From Chloroflexota bacterium (GTDB taxonomy: Bacteria > Chloroflexota > UBA11872 > VXOZ01), in NCBI GenBank assembly GCA_965216245.1, contig OZ244145.1:1804097-1868096 (forward strand): a DNA stretch of 64,000 nt, written 5' to 3'. The position numbers and the translations under genes were made by a program. Under the pieces are notes generated by a model. It worked only from the letters and a program-made list of their open reading frames with translations, did no database searches and had not been told where the DNA came from. Every line of letters starts with the position of its first letter. The stretch's first letter is position 1. Positions 58,678 to 64,000 of this stretch are shown piece after piece.

Positions 58678-59826
58678 ATGGCTACAAAAGTAATTCCCGG
58701 CCTCGAAGGTGTTGCTGCTGCAGAGACGCGGCTAAGCTACGTTGACGGTCTCGCCGGCCAGCTAACCATCGGTGGGCACCCGCTCATGGAACTTGCTCCC
58801 AACGCGACCTTTGAAGAGGCCGCGTTTCTCTTGTGGCACGACCGCCTGCCGAATGAGAATGAACTTGCGGCGTTAACGGCTCGGTTTCGTGTCGGCCAGC
58901 AACTGCCCGACACGACCCAGCACGTACTAGAGGCCGCCGCCGCACGGCATGCGCCGGTTATCGACGCGCTCCGTATGGCCTGCGCGACTCTCTCCCTCGG
59001 CGATCCGGATCCCGATGACATTACCCCGGACGGGCAACTCCGCCGCGCGGAGAGAATCTGCGCGGCATTCCCCGTAATCGTGGCGCACTACGTCCGTGTT
59101 AGAGCGGGACAGAGCGTTGTCGCGCCGCGGGATGATTTCGGCCAAGCCGCAAATTATCTTTACATGTTGACCGGCGAAGAGCCCCATGCCGATTTCGTAC
59201 GGGCCATGGACACCTATCTCGTTACGGCCATGGATCACGGCATGAACGCTTCTACTTTTACGGGTAGGGTCATAGTTTCAACCGAATCAGACCTCTACTC
59301 CGCGATTACGGGTTCCATCGGCGCTCTTAAGGGGCCTGCCCACGGCGGCGCTCCCGGCCCGGCGCTCGACATGGTGTTTGAGATTGGCACGGCGGACCGC
59401 GCCGAAGCGAACATACGCAATCGTCTCAACCGGGGCGAGCGCTTGATGGGGTTCGGCCACCGCGTCTACAAGGTGCGCGATCCGCGCGCCGACGTGCTCT
59501 CGCAAGCGGCGGAACGGCTTTACGACCAAGCCGGCGACCGCACTCTCTATGACCTTGCCCGTGCGGTTGAGGAGACGGCGCTGGGCCTCCTGGAAGAATA
59601 CAAGCCGGGACGAAACCTGCAGACGAACTTGGAGTACTATACGGCTCTGGTGTTGCACGGCGTCGGTCTATCCGCCGAACTCTTTACGCCCACGTTTGCC
59701 GTGGGTCGGGTCGGCGGGTGGTCAGCCCACTGCCTGGAGCAACTCTCGCACAACCGGCTTATCCGTCCCTCATCGGTCTACACGGGACCCACAGACCGTC
59801 GCTGGATGCCGCTGGAGAGCCGCTAG
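58678..59826 (+). CDS. citrate synthase (type II/2-methylcitrate synthase family)
   Basis: GFGHRVYK motif and catalytic His/Asp positions. Confidence 0.85.
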   Translation: MATKVIPGLEGVAAAETRLSYVDGLAGQLTIGGHPLMELAPNATFEEAAFLLWHDRLPNENELAALTARFRVGQQLPDTTQHVLEAAAARHAPVIDALRMACATLSLGDPDPDDITPDGQLRRAERICAAFPVIVAHYVRVRAGQSVVAPRDDFGQAANYLYMLTGEEPHADFVRAMDTYLVTAMDHGMNASTFTGRVIVSTESDLYSAITGSIGALKGPAHGGAPGPALDMVFEIGTADRAEANIRNRLNRGERLMGFGHRVYKVRDPRADVLSQAAERLYDQAGDRTLYDLARAVEETALGLLEEYKPGRNLQTNLEYYTALVLHGVGLSAELFTPTFAVGRVGGWSAHCLEQLSHNRLIRPSSVYTGPTDRRWMPLESR

Positions 59827-60048
59827 CACGCTCACTTTCTCCATGCCAGGGTGGCACAGTAGCAGGCGCTGCTCCTAGTATTTGCATCCCTGCAACAGCA
59901 GCCACTAAGGTCACTTGACACAAGCCGCACTTCTTTGCAAGCTATAAGGCAGCATCTAAGAGGTGTGTGTTGGGTGCGAACTGGCTACTGGAAATTCAGA
60001 TTCGCGACGCATGCCCAAGTGAAACAACGAAGGAGAGGAGCAACTCTC

Positions 60049-61419
60049 ATGTTAGCTAAGCGTTATTCACGACGAGCCTTTATTGGCTCTGCCACGGTGG
60101 TAGGCGGTGCGGCGTTCCTGGCCGCCTGTGGTGGTACTCCGGCCGCAATGACTGAAGAAGCGGCGCCCGCGAAGGAAGCAGAAGCGCCAAAGGCGGAAGC
60201 AGCCCCGGATGCTGAGCCGGTGCAGCTCATCTACCTCTCGCGCGATTCAGCCTCAACCACGGAGAAGGTGCGCGCGTACTTTGACACCTACGAGGCCGAA
60301 ACTCCCAACGTCAAGATCGAGCTCCAGAACTTGCCCAGTGTTAATGAGGCGGAGACGAAGCTCAGGGTAGCCGCGGCGGCCGGCGTGCCCATCGACTTTC
60401 TGCGCTGCAGTTGGGGCTCCTATCTCGACCTGGCAGAAGCCGAAGTGCTTTCACCACTGAATGACTACTTCAAGCGCGACGGCTTGTCTGCCACGGAAAT
60501 CTTCTTGCCCGCCACGTTGACGCAATGGCTCGACAAGGGCGTGCTGTGGGGCATGCCGGCTTCCGGCAACTGCGACGCTCTGCTCATGAACAAGCAATTG
60601 CTGGATACTGCCGGACTGGAAGCACCATCCGTTGACCCGTCGGACGCTTCCTGGACGATGGACAAGTTCCTCGACTACGCCCAGGCGATGACGCAGGGCG
60701 ACGAACAGTTCGGTCACACGGGTGGGGTTTCCGCGTTCAATGTTTCCGGTATTGCTACCGGCACCTACTTCGGCCAGTTCTGCTGGAATGAAGAAGAGAA
60801 GCGCGGGAACATGGATCACCCGGTATTCATCGACGCGCTGCAGTACTGGTACGATATGCGCGAGAAGCACCACGTGGTGCCCACCGCTGACGAGTCTGCC
60901 TCGCTCAGAGGCGAGCAGCACATCTGGCAGACTGGCAAGGTCGGCTTCCACATTACCAACGGCTACAAGCCGGCGGTCGAATTCGAGGTGATCGGCGCTG
61001 CCCTGCCGTACACGGGCGAAGCGCCAAACACGTCAGGACGTGCCTGGTACCCCGCCATTCTCATGGGCGTCGGCGACAAAGTGGACCACGCTTGGAACGT
61101 GATGAAGTGGATGATGTCGGGCGAGAACAGCGTTGGCTACACGTTGGCCGTAAACCACACGATCAGCCCCGTCGCGGCAGTTTCCACGCTGCCCGCAGAG
61201 AGGTTGAAGGCAGAGACGGGCTACGACTCGGTTGCCCACGCCAATCAGTCGGCGTACAGCGGCCCGGCCGGCTGGGGCTTGCTGCGCTACACAACGTGGG
61301 GTGAATGGCGCGCCGCCATCGATCCGATCTACAAGGAGTTCAACGCGGGCAACATGACCACCGAGGAATATGGACGCACCGCCACCGATCTGCTGAATGC
61401 GCTTATTATTCCAGGATAG
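60049..61419 (+). CDS. ABC transporter extracellular solute-binding protein (family 1, sugar-type) with Tat/lipoprotein-like signal
   Basis: RRAFIGS...LAACGG signal. AAGGAGAGGAG RBS before the ATG at 60049. Confidence 0.8.
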   Translation: MLAKRYSRRAFIGSATVVGGAAFLAACGGTPAAMTEEAAPAKEAEAPKAEAAPDAEPVQLIYLSRDSASTTEKVRAYFDTYEAETPNVKIELQNLPSVNEAETKLRVAAAAGVPIDFLRCSWGSYLDLAEAEVLSPLNDYFKRDGLSATEIFLPATLTQWLDKGVLWGMPASGNCDALLMNKQLLDTAGLEAPSVDPSDASWTMDKFLDYAQAMTQGDEQFGHTGGVSAFNVSGIATGTYFGQFCWNEEEKRGNMDHPVFIDALQYWYDMREKHHVVPTADESASLRGEQHIWQTGKVGFHITNGYKPAVEFEVIGAALPYTGEAPNTSGRAWYPAILMGVGDKVDHAWNVMKWMMSGENSVGYTLAVNHTISPVAAVSTLPAERLKAETGYDSVAHANQSAYSGPAGWGLLRYTTWGEWRAAIDPIYKEFNAGNMTTEEYGRTATDLLNALIIPG

Positions 61420-61749
61420 GGACGGCAGGACGGTCTGCTCGCTTGCCGAGCAGGGCGTGCAGCCAAAGTAAGCTGGCAATGACAGTGAGAGGAAGACTAG
61501 CGCTTCGTCTCACTGTCTCGTTTTGTGCGCACTGTGTGTATTCGCCCTGGCCCTCTATCGGAAATGGCAAGAAGGGCGGCCATTGGTGCCGGCGTTGCTT
61601 GCCGGTCTAGCAGCTCAATTGCTTCTATATTTCTGAAGAGGCAGCGAAATTCCTAGCTTTACCTCGCACTCTCTATAATGGGTGCAGTACGACCATCCCC
61701 TTGCCAATAGCGATTTGCGCGCAACCACGAGGAAGAAAGGGCGCCCACT

Positions 61750-63054
61750 GTGGATTCACCGCTGTGGCAAAAAGAGATTACTGTCTCCTGGGCCGGCACT
61801 GACCGCGTCGTGCCGCTCACGAACTGGGCGGGGCGCTGCTATCCTTCCTTTCCGGGCGGCGACGAGTTTCTCGCGCGTGTATTGGGTCTATCGCCGCAAG
61901 ACCTCGTGTTGGACGTGGGCGGTGGGGCGGAGCCGTTCCACTATGCATCCGTGGTTTGCGAGAGAGACCTGCGGGGCACGGACCAACGGGCCGGTCGCAG
62001 CGCGAAACTAGACCGGCGCTTCGTTGCCGGTGATGCGCAGGCACTGCCTTTCCCGAGCGCGAGCTTCAATTTTGCGTTCTCGCGGCACGTGCTCGAGCAC
62101 GTGGCCGATCCCAAAGCGGCGTGCACCGAGATGATGCGCGTGGCGGCGCGGGGCTATATCGAAACTCCCTGTGCCCTGAGCGAATACCTGGTCGGCGATC
62201 CGACGCACCGCTGGCTGGTGCGTGCGGAAGACCGCACCCTCATATTCACGCCTCGCCCCTTTGTCGAGCATCCCTTTGGCAATGTGTTGCGCTGGCTGCT
62301 CCACGCAGACAGCGAACTCTTCTTCCAGTGGGAGATGGCGTATCGCAACGTGACGAACACACAGTTCTACTGGGAAAAACCCTTCGACGTCGTCGTCGAA
62401 CAAGCGGCGACCTCCGACTATCGGCTTGCAGATCCGGGCCAACTCCTGCGGTCGTACGTCGACTTTGCGCGTAATGGCGTTGCCCACGACTCTACAAACA
62501 CCGCGGACGTTATTGCCGCCATCAAGTCCGCTCTGGAGTTAGCGCCCGACCATCCGGACGTACAACCACTGGCGGGATTCGCCTACCCACTGCGTTACGC
62601 CGGGGATATCCTTCACGCTGAACGGGTTACACAGAATACGCTCGTCATGGGCACGAACGAAGCGTCCCAGCTTGGCGGTGGGTGGTTTGGCGTCGAGCAA
62701 TGGCCGCCGGCGGTGCGCTGGACCGGCCCTGAAGCGGTCGCCTACATGCGGCGGCAGAAGGAGCGGCAGCTTTCGGTGCGCCTCTTCACCGGGCCGGAAG
62801 CGTTGCGCCGCACCGTTACCGGCACTCTCTATGTGAATGAAGCCGCGCACCCGGTGGCACTCGAGGCCGGAACGTGGGTAGACCTCTCGTTTCCATTGCC
62901 TGCCGGCGCCGGTGATATTGTTACTGTGGGAATGCGCTGGGACCTGCCGTGGACGCCGCAAGAGGTGCACGGCTCTCCCGATACGCGCCTACTCGGCGTG
63001 GCCGTGCACGAAATACGCTTGCATGATGCGAAGCGCTTCATGTTTAGGCGCTGA
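61750..63054 (+). CDS. SAM-dependent methyltransferase-domain protein with extra C-terminal domain
   Basis: LDVGGGAEP motif I and FNFAFSRHVLEHV motif. Confidence 0.55.
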   Translation: MDSPLWQKEITVSWAGTDRVVPLTNWAGRCYPSFPGGDEFLARVLGLSPQDLVLDVGGGAEPFHYASVVCERDLRGTDQRAGRSAKLDRRFVAGDAQALPFPSASFNFAFSRHVLEHVADPKAACTEMMRVAARGYIETPCALSEYLVGDPTHRWLVRAEDRTLIFTPRPFVEHPFGNVLRWLLHADSELFFQWEMAYRNVTNTQFYWEKPFDVVVEQAATSDYRLADPGQLLRSYVDFARNGVAHDSTNTADVIAAIKSALELAPDHPDVQPLAGFAYPLRYAGDILHAERVTQNTLVMGTNEASQLGGGWFGVEQWPPAVRWTGPEAVAYMRRQKERQLSVRLFTGPEALRRTVTGTLYVNEAAHPVALEAGTWVDLSFPLPAGAGDIVTVGMRWDLPWTPQEVHGSPDTRLLGVAVHEIRLHDAKRFMFRR

Positions 63055-63883
63055 TCTGACGAAGCCATGCCACAAACGACTCCGCACACCAGCGCGCCGG
63101 TTCAGCCTCGGCGAGTTCCAGCCACGCGTCGACCATGGGCCGCGCGCGGGTACAACGGACGGTAGCTGCGCCAATCGTTCCATAGCGCAGGAGACCCCTC
63201 TCCGCGAGCATTGACTCGATCGCTTCGCGCGCCGCTAGACCGATGCTCGGCCACACGCCCGGTTTCTGCCACCCCGTGATTTGCTCTGCCAGCTCGTCGC
63301 GCTGCTCCGGCGCGGCTCTCTGCAAAGCACGCTCTATCAAACGGCTTTCCACGAAATGCACCATCGTGTTGAAGTGGAAGTTCACGCCCAGGAAGCAATA
63401 GGCTACATTCCAGTCATAGAACTTCTGCCAGGGGCTTTCCCGCGCAAAGGCGCGCGGGCCCCACGGCCCGGCGCGCGGGCCCGAGGCGCCGTGATCCGCC
63501 GTCAGTTCCTGTGCTCGTGGGCCGATAGCCGACACGGAATGAGTCCCATGGTCGCTGCGCACGGCGTCGGGCCGGTGGCGAAGGACCTCGGTGATATGGC
63601 CCACGCAGGAAGGCGACGTTGCAATGTTCCAGCGCGCAAAGGTTAGATGCCGCTCGCCGTCCGGCATGCGGCAGAGGGTCGGTACGACAACGGTGCCGTT
63701 AGTATCAACCGCAGCCAGGAAACCCTCAATCACCGTGTTTGCGCCGCCCACGACCCAGCCCATGCTGCTCAGCGAGCTGTGGAACATTACGGTGTCGCCA
63801 CATTGCACGCCAATTTCCTTCAGTGCGGCGGCGATCTCCTCACGGGTAACGTGAATTCCCGTTTCGCCAGCGTCTGACTTCAT
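63044..63883 (-). CDS. AAC(3)-family aminoglycoside N3-acetyltransferase-like protein
   Basis: TREEIAAALKEIGVQCGDTVMFHSSLSSMGWVVGGANTVIEGFL is the characteristic AAC(3) N-terminal block. Confidence 0.7.
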   Translation of the reverse strand: MKSDAGETGIHVTREEIAAALKEIGVQCGDTVMFHSSLSSMGWVVGGANTVIEGFLAAVDTNGTVVVPTLCRMPDGERHLTFARWNIATSPSCVGHITEVLRHRPDAVRSDHGTHSVSAIGPRAQELTADHGASGPRAGPWGPRAFARESPWQKFYDWNVAYCFLGVNFHFNTMVHFVESRLIERALQRAAPEQRDELAEQITGWQKPGVWPSIGLAAREAIESMLAERGLLRYGTIGAATVRCTRARPMVDAWLELAEAEPARWCAESFVAWLRQISA

Positions 63884-64000
63884 GTGCGCACTCCCTCCAC
63901 ATTCTCCCAGTCTCGTACGCGCCTATTCTACTAGGGACATGGCAATGCTACTATAGTGATAGTCACGTGCGGGAAACAGTCACCGCGAGCAAATCAGCCA

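Overview
This is a high-GC bacterial chromosomal segment carrying housekeeping genes. These include recF, a DUF721/DciA-type gene, dnaG followed by rpoD, a class A PBP, citrate synthase and an M16 peptidase. They are interleaved with enzymes, transporters, a giant DUF2298-type membrane protein with a GT4 glycosyltransferase, and several accessory patches.

The most notable structure is two inverted copies of a ~3.6-3.7 kb IS1595-family cargo transposon (9909..13515 and 17813..21519). Each has 23-25 bp terminal inverted repeats (GGGAATTATATACGAAAGTAAAC) and an intact 8-bp target-site duplication (CTTCCGAG and TTTGTAAA). The IS1595 transposases are ~97% identical. The passenger module is much more diverged (about 45-60% identity). 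It consists of a micro-ORF of 43-50 aa with a basic AT-hook-like motif, followed by a beta-class DNA methyltransferase fused to a C-terminal nuclease domain. That nuclease domain is Mrr-like in copy 1 and HNH in copy 2. A small N-terminally membrane-anchored coiled-coil protein is transcribed divergently from a shared promoter region. That region carries a perfect palindrome, ACAGTATACTGT, in copy 1 and a near-identical dyad, ACAGTATACTGTT, in copy 2. A structure-conserved hairpin with compensatory substitutions separates this gene from the transposase.

Copy 1 has a G13 homopolymer in the methyltransferase-operon leader where copy 2 has C5. This is a candidate phase-variation site. Copy 2 sits in-frame inside a gene for a secreted modular HExxH protein, leaving 5' and 3' halves at 17253..17812 and 21520..22254. 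An intact paralogue lies at 8468..9769. Copy 1 clipped the first five codons off a small coiled-coil gene. The two copies bracket recF and interrupt the recF-dciA neighbourhood. A 270-bp MITE-like element is nested in the tail of copy 2, and an IS1595 transposase zinc-ribbon fragment lies at 16975..17145.

Other accessory content:
- A low-GC island with a Dam-like (D12) methyltransferase, a putative PD-(D/E)xK restriction endonuclease and a possible HEPN (RNxxxH) protein.
- A second HEPN-like (RNQWAH) protein immediately after rpoD.
- A VapBC pair and a HicB-like orphan.
- A pentapeptide-repeat membrane protein.
- A REP-like GAAA-tetraloop hairpin repeat present at two loci.
- Tandem or direct repeats and a C11 homopolymer in intergenic regions.
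- An AAC(3)-family acetyltransferase.

No rRNA, tRNA or CRISPR array was recognised.
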